64,000 bases of DNA from Oculina patagonica (lineage: Eukaryota), in NCBI RefSeq assembly GCF_052425735.1, contig NC_135760.1, forward strand, positions 11,904,001-11,968,000, written 5' to 3'. Made by a program: the position numbers and the translations under genes. Shown piece after piece: positions 39,225-50,230 of this stretch. Within the stretch, counting starts at the first letter, position 1. The number at the start of each line of letters is the position of its first letter. The notes under the pieces are model-generated. The model saw only the letters and a program-made list of their open reading frames with translations. It had not been told where the DNA came from and made no database searches.

Positions 39225-39262
39225 GCACCCTGAAGAAGGCAGTATTGCCGAAACGTCGGAGC
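39225..39262 (+). ncRNA. Putative minimal hammerhead ribozyme (Penelope-type) in a palindrome at 39139-39311
   Basis: GCACC-CTGAAGA-A-GGCA/GTAT/TGCC-GAAAC-GTC-GGAGC, with a canonical GUC cleavage triplet. Confidence 0.6.
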
Positions 39263-40858
39263 AGTTTTATACCGCCATTTAGCGTCATTTTGGAACATAA
39301 ACAATTATTTTTAGCATAAAAGACGCTACACAGTTAAATAGATCAAAATTTCAACGTCTCCCAGTTACTTTCCAGACATTTGTATTTTTTTATTGCTTGT
39401 TCAAATTCCCCTCCCCTGGCGGGAATAGTGATTAATACCGCGCATAACGATTACATTTTTTGACCAAATTCCCCTACCCCGGGGCATAAATGGGAAAAAA
39501 TGAATAACTCAGCAAAATTGGAGAATAACGTTTACCACGGGATAAATCACTATACGGTGGATAGCGAGGTAGGTTTTGTAATCGTTTCTTGCGCAAGTGC
39601 TTTAGTTGGGGGAGCGTCTGTGCTGAACTGAACAAAGAATTCACGTACGAAATGCCTTTAGGGACGCAGTCTATATGGCGCAGCAAATATATACATTTAT
39701 TACACGACTAAGGCGGTCCGAGGGCCAATAACTAAATCAGCCAATCAGATTACTTTATTTCCGGTCCCGCGAGGGCCGATATTTTCCAAGTATCGGACCG
39801 GGTTTTGTCCCAGATGATCCCGCACTAATTCCCGCGCGATTTAGCGCAAGATTTTTTGCAAGATTTTTTTTTTGTAAAAATTTTTCGGAGTTTTTATTGC
39901 TTTGAAAATGAAATGACCTTCAACACAGAAATAATTTTAACTCCTTTGGCGCGCGTAAAAGTTTTGCCGCATATTGTTTTCCACGACATCTACCGGGTAG
40001 CAATTCTTAATACACAAAGTTTCCAGTCGTGAAATAAATCTCTTATTAACCACGCGCGAGGGCCGTACTGGGCGAATATTGGCCCGAGGTCTTAACAGTA
40101 CGGATCGAGCGCAGCGAGGTCCGTACAAAAAAGACCGAGGGCCAATATTCGCCCAGTACGGTCCCGAGCAAGCTTGGAGAAGGCTACCTGTGCTGGTTGA
40201 AACATTAGCTAATAAGTTTTGTCGTCTTGCGTAGTCCTAGTCTTACAATAAATTTGTTTAGTTTTAATGCGGGGTTTAAGCTCTCTACAAAAGTCTGCAT
40301 CCGCGTCTTTGTAACTCACATAGCCACTTAAATTGAGTCGGTGATGAAGAAAATTATCATTTGAAGCCGCAATTCGTCACTTGCAATGTGGGCATTCAGG
40401 AGGAAAAATTTGTCCCCATAAAAGCCCTTTTCTAAAACAAATTAATAAAACTGCAGTAATGACGTTTATCGGTAAATGGACAGATGGAGAACTTTGTGGG
40501 ATCCCGAAAAAGGGAGTGGGTACAAATTCAGTATCCTAGCTGCCAAAGTGTAATATAATATAGACGATTTGAACAGAAGGAATAGATGTACACAGGCCAG
40601 GCTGACAACCTGACCGCCATTTCTTCGAATGTCCATATTCACCCCCTCCCCCACCTCCCAAAAAAGACAGAAACAACAACAAAAAAAAAAACAATAAACA
40701 TACTAGTTTTAACCTGATATAAGATGGAAAAACTTGCTCTGATTATTTAATGGTTTCCGACATTTCAGAGCTCAATTTCAGAGCATCAAAACCGATTGCA
40801 TCGCATACATTACACTGCATCCAGTGTATTTCTCTTCAACTATTTATCAAAAAAATTC

Positions 40859-40995
40859 GGATCAATTTAGGTTTCTGGGAAACTTCTCACCTACCCCTCC
40901 CCAAACCTAACATTTTGCCCAAAGCGATAAGTAAGGGTTAATGTTAGGTTTGGGGAGGGGTAGGTGAGCAGTTTCCCAGAAACCTAAATTGATCC
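40859..40995. mobile_element. Short palindromic MITE GGATCAATTTAGGTTTCTGGGAAACT...AGTTTCCCAGAAACCTAAATTGATCC
   Basis: Long near-perfect inverted repeat. Confidence 0.8.
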
Positions 40996-41894
40996 AAAAA
41001 TTCAATGGAGAAGTTGAAAAAATTCTCACTTTTACAAGAAACGCACACTACTTATAAGGCTAAGATCAAGCCCCGGTTGTTCAGAGGGTAGATAACACCA
41101 TCCGCTACTTATTCCGACGAAAACAAACATTTGCGAAGGAAAAGCAAATGAACACGCGTGTGTATAGCTGTGTATAGCTGTGTTGGGCTATGTATAGGCG
41201 TGTATAGCTGTGCAGGGCTAGGCTATGTATCCCCTCTATGAACATCCCTATATAGGATTTAGTCAAACAACTATATGATGACTACACTACGTACTTGCCC
41301 AAGTGTACGGCTTTACCGCTGACTGAAACGGCAGGCTCAAAGGTACAAATACAACATGGCGGCTGTTTATTTTCCAGTTAAATTTATTTCATTCAAACTG
41401 GCTGAGATAAGTGCCCTTACGTGAACTTTAAACAGCTCTTTGAATGACTTTATTGACAACCTGTTTACACCTTTCACGAAGAATGAACCACGATGTATTG
41501 GCTAAGTTCATCGCGCCTCAAAGCAACAGTACATGTCAATTGAGATCGATCGAAGGATCGAAGTGCAGCGAGGAAGAACAAATTCTTCAAAAGAAAGCAT
41601 CTGTGTGTCGATAAGTGGCATGTATGTAGTATTACTTTCTTGTTTCTTAACTTTGATGTGCCTAAATGTTGAATTGAGCGAGCTTTTGAAGAAAATCTTT
41701 CGCTGCTATTTTTACATTTACTATCACAACATTGCCGAATTATATGGCTCTGAAAACGCTCCGAAAAATGCCCTAACTGCCTTTTCTTCGCCAATATTTT
41801 GATTGTTATCTATAGATTAATGCTTGATTAGCTATTTCGTACCGATTTTATGCCAAATTGAGGCAAATAAATGGCTTCTGTGTTTCGGTGAATT

Positions 41895-44800
41895 TTGATG
41901 GTGCAAGATCAAAAGTTTTTATTAGTAAACATCTATGCTCCAAACAAAACGAGTGAGCAAACTCACTTTTTCGACAAAATCAAGGAGGAATTGGATAACA
42001 TTGATATAGATGACGACTGTAGAATAATCATTGGGGGAGATTTTAATGTTATTTTAGACCCCAACCTTGATGGTTGTGGGGGCAAACCAAAATTAAAGGA
42101 ATCAGCTAAGCAGATTGAGAATATTTGCTTACTGTACGATCTAGTAGACATTTGGCGACTTAGGAACCCAGGAATAAGACGTTTTACTTGGACACAGAAA
42201 ACTCCTGTGATCCAAAGGAGGCTTGATTTTTGGTTAACCGATAATGCCTTGCAGGAGGAGATCGATCAGGTGAGCATTATTCCTTCCATAAAGTCTGATC
42301 ACTCAGCCATTCTGTTGTCAGTTAATGGAATAGAAGAAAAATCACACGGTCCTTCCTTCTGGAAGTTCAATGCAAGTTTATTAGATGACAATGACTATGT
42401 AGCTCTAATAAACGATAGATACCAGGTTTGGGTTGACGAATTTAGGGATATACAAGATCCCAGATTGCTTTGGGATCTCATTAAATTCAAAATTAGACAG
42501 GAGACAATTTCATACAGTAAACGCAAAGCGAGGGAAAGGAAGGCGAAATTGACATCTCTAGAGGAAAAATTGACAATCCTTCAAGAGCTTTGTGACCAGG
42601 ATCCATCTACGGATAATCTGAATAGGCTAGAGATTTTGAAAACCGAGTATGACCTTCAATATGAATACATTGCACAAGGCGCTATAATCCGTTCAAGGGC
42701 AAGATGGTACGAGCAAGGAGAGAAAAGCAACAAGTATTTTTTGAACTTGGAGAGCTCTAGGGGTAAAAAGAGCACAATCCGAAAGATTCTTAAGGAGGAT
42801 CAATCTCTGACAACGAATCCCAAAGAAATAATGGCCGAACTTAAAAGTTTCTACTCAAATCTTTACCAAGTGAACTCTACTGGAGAAAGTGAAGCCTCAT
42901 TAGACGCATTTCTTAACAGCGTATCCTTACCCACACTGTCTGAAATACAGAAAGAGAAGTGTGAGGTAGAATTGACTATCGGTGAATGTTTCAACATCTT
43001 GAATGGTTTTCAAAAGAACAAAACACCTGGTAACGACGGCCTTACAACGGAATTTTACTTAGCCTTTTGGCCTATTCTTGGAAAACATTTGGTAGCTTGT
43101 CTCAATTATGCACATAATCACGGAGAGTTATCTAACTCTCAGAAACAAGCGGTGATCACTTTATTAGAAAAGAAAGGAAAAGATAAAAGGCTGATCAAAA
43201 ATTGGAGACCGATTTCCTTAATTAATGTGGACACCAAAATAGCCTCCAAAGCGCTAGCTAAACGATTAGAGAATATACTTCCTGACTTGATTCATTACAA
43301 CCAAAACGCTTATGTGAAAGGAAGATCAATATTTGACGCCGTCAGGACCATTGATGATGTATTAGAATATACAAAATGTAGTGATCAGTCGGGTATCCTT
43401 GTAACAATTGATTTTGAGAAAGCGTTCGATTCTTTGGACCATAGATTCTTATTGAAGGTCCTTCGCACATTCAATTTCGGACCATCTTTTATTCAGTGGA
43501 TTCGCACCTTTTACTCAAACGTGTCTAGTTGCGTAATAAATAATGGATTTGCGACAAGTTACTTTAATGTTGACCGTGGTGTGAGACAAGGGGATCCGTT
43601 ATCCCCTCTCTTGTTCATTCTTAGTTTAGAAGTTCTAGCTTGCAGTATTCGACAAAATGACAAGATTCAAGGGATCAAAATTGAGGATGAAGTTGTGAAA
43701 ATCTCTCTTTTCGCGGATGACATGACATGTTTTTTGAGGAATAAGTCTTCGTATGAGAACCTGATTGTTAATTTAGATCTGTTTTCGAGATTCTCAGGTT
43801 TAAAATTAAATGAGGAAAAAACAGAATTTTTTTGCTTAGGGGTCCAAAATTTGTCTAAATCACCTTCCTATGAATTTAAACGCTCAATTAAGATTTTAGG
43901 CGTACACTTTGATTATGATCAACTTTCTAGGAAAAAGGATAATTTCGAGGCAATTATAAAGTCTATTAAAAAAACATTAGGCATGTGGAAATGGAGGGGA
44001 CTCACACTTATAGGAAAGATACAAATCGTTAAATCTTTTGCTATTCCGAAATTTATGTCGAAAGCGTCGCTTATTCATGTCTCTAAAGATCTCATACAGG
44101 CAGTCAATAAAGAACTTTACAGCTTTATTTGGAAAGGAAAGGATAAGGTTAAACGGTTAGCTTTGATTAATTGCATTGAAAATGGAGGGCTTAAGATGCT
44201 GGATATAGAATCTATGGTTCTAGCGCAAAGAATAATGTGCGTGAAGAAGTATATTGAGGACTATGTTAGTCCCTGGAAGATCTTCTTAAACCACTATTTG
44301 AAAAAACTAGGCGGAAAGTTCATTTTGCAGTGTCATTTTGATTGCCCAAAATTGCCCATATTTTTACCCGAGTTTTACAAAGATTGTCTTGCTGCGTGGT
44401 CAACTCTTTCAAGTAAAGAAGTGGTTTCGTACGGGGATGTTATGAACCAATACTTGTGGAATAATAAAAACATTCTATGTGAAGGTAAATCTTTATATCA
44501 TGCCTTTTTCCGCATAAACTGTGGGATAAGCAAAATCGGAGATTTAGTCTCTAAAGACAATACGTTTCTGGAAAGTGATAAAGTTCTCAGGTCAAAACTA
44601 TCACCTAGTCAATTTTTCCTTTTAATGGGAGTAGTCAGTACCATTCCAAAGGAATGGCGCTCCATTATCAAGGGTGAGAGTATATACCGTGAACCATACT
44701 CCTGCCCTGCAAATTCTTTTGAAGTGCCAATAAAGGGGGAAATGTTGGATATTTCTAACATTCCCTCCAAAATAGTTTATGAAGAGTTTCTTTCTCGTAA

Positions 44801-45368
44801 AGTAATTCCTCCTACTGCCCAAAAGAAATTTAAAAATGACTATCCAGATCTCTCCGTCGATTGGAAGAAAATCTATTCTCTAGCGTTTAGTGTTACTCTG
44901 GATACAAAGTTAAGAGCTTTTCAGTACAAATTACTAAACCATATTGTGTATACAAATGACAGACTTTATAAATTTAAGATTGTAGACTCGCCATTATGTG
45001 CTTTCTGTTACTCTGAAGATGAATCCCTCGAGCATTTATTGTTTCTTTGTAAAGCAAGCGAGGTATTCTGGAAAGAGGTATTGTCGTGGTTGGCCATCCA
45101 TAAGAATGAAGTTTTAAATTTTTCTCTCACCGATGTTTTGTTTGGTAAGTTTGATATCGATACAGACTCTATGGTAGTTAACCATATTCTTCTTCTTGGA
45201 AAATATTTTATTTATAGGTGTAAGCTTGATAAGATTAAACCTTCTTTACCAGTTTTTAAGGCTAAATTAAGAGCTACTCTTAAATTAGAATTTTACATTG
45301 CCAGGAAAAAAGGTACACTTGCTCAACATTACAGAAAATGGAATATCTTTATTCCTGTATTAAGTTAG
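41895..45368 (+). CDS. LINE ORF2: partial AP endonuclease, reverse transcriptase and C-terminal CCHC knuckle
   Basis: Endonuclease motifs NIYAPN, GGDFN, RLDFW, SDH. RT motifs PGNDG, NWRPISLIN, DFEKAFD, GVRQGDPLSP, FADD. C-terminal CAFC..ESLEHLLFLC. The first two codons come from the host flank. Confidence 0.93.
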   Translation: MMVQDQKFLLVNIYAPNKTSEQTHFFDKIKEELDNIDIDDDCRIIIGGDFNVILDPNLDGCGGKPKLKESAKQIENICLLYDLVDIWRLRNPGIRRFTWTQKTPVIQRRLDFWLTDNALQEEIDQVSIIPSIKSDHSAILLSVNGIEEKSHGPSFWKFNASLLDDNDYVALINDRYQVWVDEFRDIQDPRLLWDLIKFKIRQETISYSKRKARERKAKLTSLEEKLTILQELCDQDPSTDNLNRLEILKTEYDLQYEYIAQGAIIRSRARWYEQGEKSNKYFLNLESSRGKKSTIRKILKEDQSLTTNPKEIMAELKSFYSNLYQVNSTGESEASLDAFLNSVSLPTLSEIQKEKCEVELTIGECFNILNGFQKNKTPGNDGLTTEFYLAFWPILGKHLVACLNYAHNHGELSNSQKQAVITLLEKKGKDKRLIKNWRPISLINVDTKIASKALAKRLENILPDLIHYNQNAYVKGRSIFDAVRTIDDVLEYTKCSDQSGILVTIDFEKAFDSLDHRFLLKVLRTFNFGPSFIQWIRTFYSNVSSCVINNGFATSYFNVDRGVRQGDPLSPLLFILSLEVLACSIRQNDKIQGIKIEDEVVKISLFADDMTCFLRNKSSYENLIVNLDLFSRFSGLKLNEEKTEFFCLGVQNLSKSPSYEFKRSIKILGVHFDYDQLSRKKDNFEAIIKSIKKTLGMWKWRGLTLIGKIQIVKSFAIPKFMSKASLIHVSKDLIQAVNKELYSFIWKGKDKVKRLALINCIENGGLKMLDIESMVLAQRIMCVKKYIEDYVSPWKIFLNHYLKKLGGKFILQCHFDCPKLPIFLPEFYKDCLAAWSTLSSKEVVSYGDVMNQYLWNNKNILCEGKSLYHAFFRINCGISKIGDLVSKDNTFLESDKVLRSKLSPSQFFLLMGVVSTIPKEWRSIIKGESIYREPYSCPANSFEVPIKGEMLDISNIPSKIVYEEFLSRKVIPPTAQKKFKNDYPDLSVDWKKIYSLAFSVTLDTKLRAFQYKLLNHIVYTNDRLYKFKIVDSPLCAFCYSEDESLEHLLFLCKASEVFWKEVLSWLAIHKNEVLNFSLTDVLFGKFDIDTDSMVVNHILLLGKYFIYRCKLDKIKPSLPVFKAKLRATLKLEFYIARKKGTLAQHYRKWNIFIPVLS

Positions 45369-45734
45369 ACTATTTCCTTTTTCCACTCTACCTTTTAAAA
45401 AACTCAACCGAAAATATTTTAGGTCACTCTATTTTTTCGAAACCTGCTTTTTGACCTTTTGTTTAGAAAGCTGGTGTTTGCTTTGCATGTCTCTTTTTTC
45501 TTCTGCTCTCCATAGCATAATATACCTTGTTTATTTTTTAACGTGCGCTTGTTTGTAGTAAGTAATGTTAAGCTTGTAATAATTTATTGTGGTAGTGTAA
45601 GTAAGTATTGTATTAGTGTAAGTAAGTAGCGTTAGGACTGTAAGTAATGTTTAAATTGTAAGTAGTGTTTCTTTTTTCTTTGTAATTTTGTACTGTATGT
45701 TTGTATGGCAAGAAATTATAAAAAAAAAAAAAAA
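41901..45734 (+). mobile_element. 5'-truncated L1/Tx1-clade non-LTR retrotransposon with 3' UTR and poly(A) tail
   Basis: Uninterrupted ORF2, GTAA-rich 3' UTR and an A-run ending at 45734. It starts abruptly inside the endonuclease domain. Confidence 0.92.
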
Positions 45735-47127
45735 GAATTATATGGCTCTGAAAACGCTCCGAAAAATGCCCTAACTGCCAATCTTCGCCAATATTTTGAT
45801 TGTTATCTATAAATTTATGCTTGATTAGCTATTTCGTACCGTTTTTTTGCCAAATTGAGGCAAATAAATGGCTTCTGTGTTTCGGTGAATTTTGATGAAA
45901 TAGCAAGAAATCGTTAAGTCACGTGTGTTTAGTTCCTCAATACTAATAGAATATTGAAGTCCCCAGACATTTTGTTGCATTTTTGTGAAGTTTAATGATG
46001 GATTTCATTACCCATGTAAGAATAATGTATATAAGTTGTTGCTCATGGGAGATAATGGGCACTAGTTAAAGGCTATTTCCAACAGTACGAAATGTGTACC
46101 TTCCAAAAGACCGTTTGAGGAGAAGAAATCAAATCAGACGGTTGAAGTGAATTATTGTACTTAAAGCCTAATAACCACAGAATATAATGCAGTGAAATTT
46201 ATTTTCAGAAGTCTTTTTTTCTTGTGGTACTGGTCAATCAAAGTCAGCTAATTAAATATGCATAAATTAGTGAAAAATGGCCATTTTTGCAAAAGGTGCC
46301 ATAACTTGAAGGGAATAAAATATTTTGAGTTGATGTTTTGTCACAGTAAATAGCTCACCATACCCAACATTTATGCTAAGTTTGGGCGAAATCGGTGATA
46401 TGAGCTGTATCACCTGTTGCCTGGTCCTCTTATGGATACACTCTTAACTATTACAACATTCATTTTTACGACTGAATTTATTCAGGAGTATTGTAGCTAG
46501 CCCAATGGCACTCGCATGGTTGGTCGTTCCATCATCTGTAGACTTGTCATTGCAACTCCGCTGACCAGCAGATATACTTGTAGAAATAGTGTAGCAAGGC
46601 GGCCGTATAAAAGCGGCCGTATAAAGGCGGTCTTTTAAATTTAAAGGGGTTTACAAGAAAAACCAGAAGCAAAGAAACAAAATATGGCTGACAATTACGT
46701 GAAGAATTAAGTAATCGACCGCCAAAAAAGTGAACATTGAGAGCCAGTAATCTGCATTAATCGATCGATGACTTTCGTGTCTATCTTTAGAGCTAGCGTA
46801 GTACATGTAGTCGAATGTAGGAGCATTCGAAAACTAAATCGGGTTTCACATAAGCTTCATAAGCGATGGATCTATCTAGAAACCAGAGCGTTGGCTAAAA
46901 TCGAGTGCGTGGCTGCTTGTTCCCAAGAAAAGGAAAAGCTTTTCAGATGAAACAGCACAATATTACATTTGTACCTGAATCAGTCTATTATATTTTTTTT
47001 TACAGCGTTATTACTTAACAGCCTACATGTAAATTATTCTGCAATGCATACCTACGGAGCGATATAATAAACAAACCATTTTAGTGCTATGGGTTAAAAA
47101 AAGAAAAAAAAAAGGAAAAAAAAAATA

Positions 47128-47196
47128 AACCCCCCTCTGGGACTCGAACTCGCGACCTTTCGATCCGCAGTCAGTTGCCTACCCGACTGCGCTACT
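47128..47196 (-). repeat. tRNA-like fragment inside a repeat
   Basis: Minus strand reads TAGCGCAGTCGGGTAGG ... GAGTTCGAGTCCC (A- and B-box-like). The cloverleaf is imperfect. Confidence 0.4.
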
Positions 47197-48539
47197 TAGA
47201 CGTACTTAGTCACGTGAGACGAAAACATCTTATATCAATGTAATCGACATTCCACCGTTTATCTGTTATCATGTGCATCAAAGGAATGTTTGAATCACCT
47301 TGCTGCTCATAAATTTTCAAAGAATGAAAACTAAACTTTTAAACTTGGCAAAAAATTCAGTTGTGGCTCGAAGAGCTCTTTGATTAAAATAGTTTCCCAA
47401 GCCGACTAAGCTAACTAAACGTCGAGTGTATCTTTCAGTAAACAAAACATGCCGTTATGACGCCGGAAATCCAGCTCACGCATAGTATACCCCGTGACTC
47501 ACGCAAACCTCCGACTTACGTGCTACTACAGTCATTCCTTTCTAAACATTTTTTTTTTTGACCACCACCGTACCTTTCTACCCAAAACACTCATGAAACC
47601 GCCCGGTTTTAACCTGTTTTAACCTTTCAAAAATTAGAGCGTTCGAAACTAAATAAGATCCGTAATCACAAACAACATACAGCCGTTTACCAGCACTCTT
47701 TAAAACTCCTGAAACCCTTCAAAATCAGGCAAAATAAATCTTTGAAATAACCTTTATCAATGTTTCTTATTTTTTATTCAGTTCTATAAAATGCCTTTTA
47801 TACACTACTGTCAAACAAAAATTCAATTTCCTCAAAGTTTCAAGACAAAAGAATAACAAATATTTCGTGCACAATGTAATTTGATTAAGCCAATATTATC
47901 ACGTCTAAAAATACTTCAAGCAATTCAGTGAAAACCCGTTTTTTTTTTTTTCGTATCAACGAAAACCACTTTCGAATAATCAATACATGAAAATAACAAT
48001 AAGATCAAAAGGAAGAAAGGAACCTTTCTAATTATTTGAAGACTTTCAAAGCCGTGATATTATGCATCCAATCCGCGATAAAATTTAATTACAACAAAAT
48101 CCAAGTTCTCATTTTGAATTTCATTTTTTTCAGTTGATACCTTTATCCAACTTGTGAAAAATTCCATTCAAGTTCCTATTAATACTGTACATTCCCAATG
48201 TTTTGCTCAGGTCTTCAGAAGCGTCTTACTAACCAAATCTAAAATAATTCCAAAACATGCTGTACAAACATTCTACTCTTTGTGACAAACGACTTGACGA
48301 CCAATTGTTCAGAAATGAAAATCGACACAGTTCTTGCTAAATAAAAAAACGTTTTACGGCGGAGTCAGGCTCAAAAAATATACCGCAAGATCACACCCCC
48401 ATTCATAGTCAGAAACCAGCAAACCATCTAGTTTGCTAAAAAAAACACTGCGTGACATCAATGACGTTACCTTTTTCATTTACAAAAATAACTTTAACTT
48501 GTCAAAGTAAGTGCAATTTCACAATGGTGAATATCAGTA

Positions 48540-49784
48540 CAGTATGGGGCCCAGTTCTCGGCCGGGTCCAGTTCTCGGCCACTTTGTGTTTAACGCGTTT
48601 TTTCACACTCCAGTTGAATTAAAAGAAATAGGTATTTCCTTCAAACGATAGACTGATTCATGTGCTTTAAGTATCTTGAGTTGATCGTTCAATTCGATAT
48701 AGAAAGCTCACACGTCGAGTTTACGCGGAGGTAGGTGAATTTGCATTCCCGAAAAAGTTGTTTGTTTACGGCTCCAAATTCATGGATGTAGTTAAATTCG
48801 TATTTTATCCAAAAGCCCCCACCATACGAGCTAATTTTTGGCATGTGAAACGTAGAATAATTCAGTTTTCTGCTTTAGTTAACTTTTCGTTGAACCGTTG
48901 TATTTTTTGGTCTTAAATTACTTCGAAATTTTTTCTTGCGACGTTTGCGTATCTGCCAGTTCTCGGCCACCCTGCTCGCTATCACAGCTTAGCGCTTGGT
49001 TTTTAATATAATTTCATCTGCTGCTGCCAGAATGAAAGAAATAAATGTTTTAAAAATAAAGTTCAATCTTAGCTCTAAGTTTTGAGCTGACTCTTGTCTT
49101 GTCTATTATTTCTACAACACCTAAATCTTTCAAGACCTTTTCACTGCAAAATAAACCATCTAAATGCACGGGTCACACAATGCGGTTTTGCCAGAACCTG
49201 CACATAGGCAACTAGGCGCGTTAAAATCCTTCTTTTCTAAAGTAAAACAAAGCATCATAAAAATAATTTGGGATCGATAGAGTATAAATAGGTTTACAGA
49301 GTGATTTTATGACTGTGAAAATTAATTGAGCATTTTTTTTACAGATAATTACGCACAAGCTTTTTAGTGGCCGAGAACTGGGCCAAGGTGGCCGAGAACT
49401 GGGCCCACAAATGGAGCTTTTATTTTTATTATTGCTCGGGCAAATAAATTTTTGACCGGTCGATAGCTTTACACCAAAAAGCTGAATAATGTAGCTAGCT
49501 CTGGGAGAAATTTCAAGTTCCTGCGGTTCTTCTGAGGTAAGAAATGCAAGTTTACGTCAAAAGTGGCCGAAAACTGGGCCAAGGTGGCCGAGAACTGGGC
49601 CCACAAATGGAGCTTTTATTTTTATTATTGCTCGAGCAAATTAATTTTTGACCGGTCGATAGCTTTACACCAAAAAGCTGAATAATGTAGCTAGCTCTGG
49701 GAGAAATTTCAAGTTCCTGCGGTTCTTCTGAGGTAAGAAATACAAGTTTACGTCAAAAGTGGCCGAGAACTGGCCCCCATACTG
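48540..49784. mobile_element. Non-autonomous DNA transposon with CAGTATGGGG-N-CCAGTTCTCGGCC TIRs and an internal ~196-bp tandem duplication
   Basis: TIRs at both ends, multiple internal GGCCGAGAACTGG copies, and 49367-49562 repeated at 49563-49758. Confidence 0.8.
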
Positions 49785-50230
49785 TGCTTTGCCCCGTAAG
49801 CTTTTTTCTCTGTCCTTCCGCCGAAGCAAAAAACCACAACCTGATTACACATTAACCCAAAAGTCGACCAAGTGTGAAAACCATTGCGGTATGCGTCACC
49901 CGTAGCGGTTTTGTAGCAACCCCAAGCTATCCCCGTCTTTTTGGCCGCGCCAGGAGACTACGCTCTAGGACGACCAAAGGGTAAACTATAAATCGGCCAC
50001 GCCCGATTAATAAATCTTGCCCAGCCTTGCAATCAATGCAATCTGGTTTTAGTCAAACCACTATATGATAGTTACATGACGTATCTACAATAGTTCGAGA
50101 AATGAGCCTGCGCTCCTCCAGATCCTCTCCACATCCACCCACCGAAAAAGTTTGCATTATGGGCTGGCATTCCTACTTTGCTTGGCATTTCGCAGGCTAA
50201 ATATCGCCCCGGCACTATTTGCAAATCAAG

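Larger units (their letters stand above)
37282..46443. mobile_element. Large non-autonomous TTAA-flanked (Kolobok-like) element with ~1.15 kb inverted arms: left 37282-38426, right 41314-41900 plus 45735-46443
   Basis: TTAA|GAGTGT...ACACTC|TTAA. The arms are near-identical reverse complements (mirror ORFs at 37962-38207 on - and 41533-41802 on +). No transposase ORF is seen in the spacer. Confidence 0.8.

Noticed and set aside
37962-41802. Twin ORFs MSIEIDRRIEVQRG... on opposite strands
   Set aside because: They are mirror images from the inverted arms, with no recognisable domain and different stop positions.
50219-50230. ORF-track start of the phytochelatin synthase at 50219
   Set aside because: That codon is TTG. 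The first ATG, in a good context (AAG ATG T), is at 50231.
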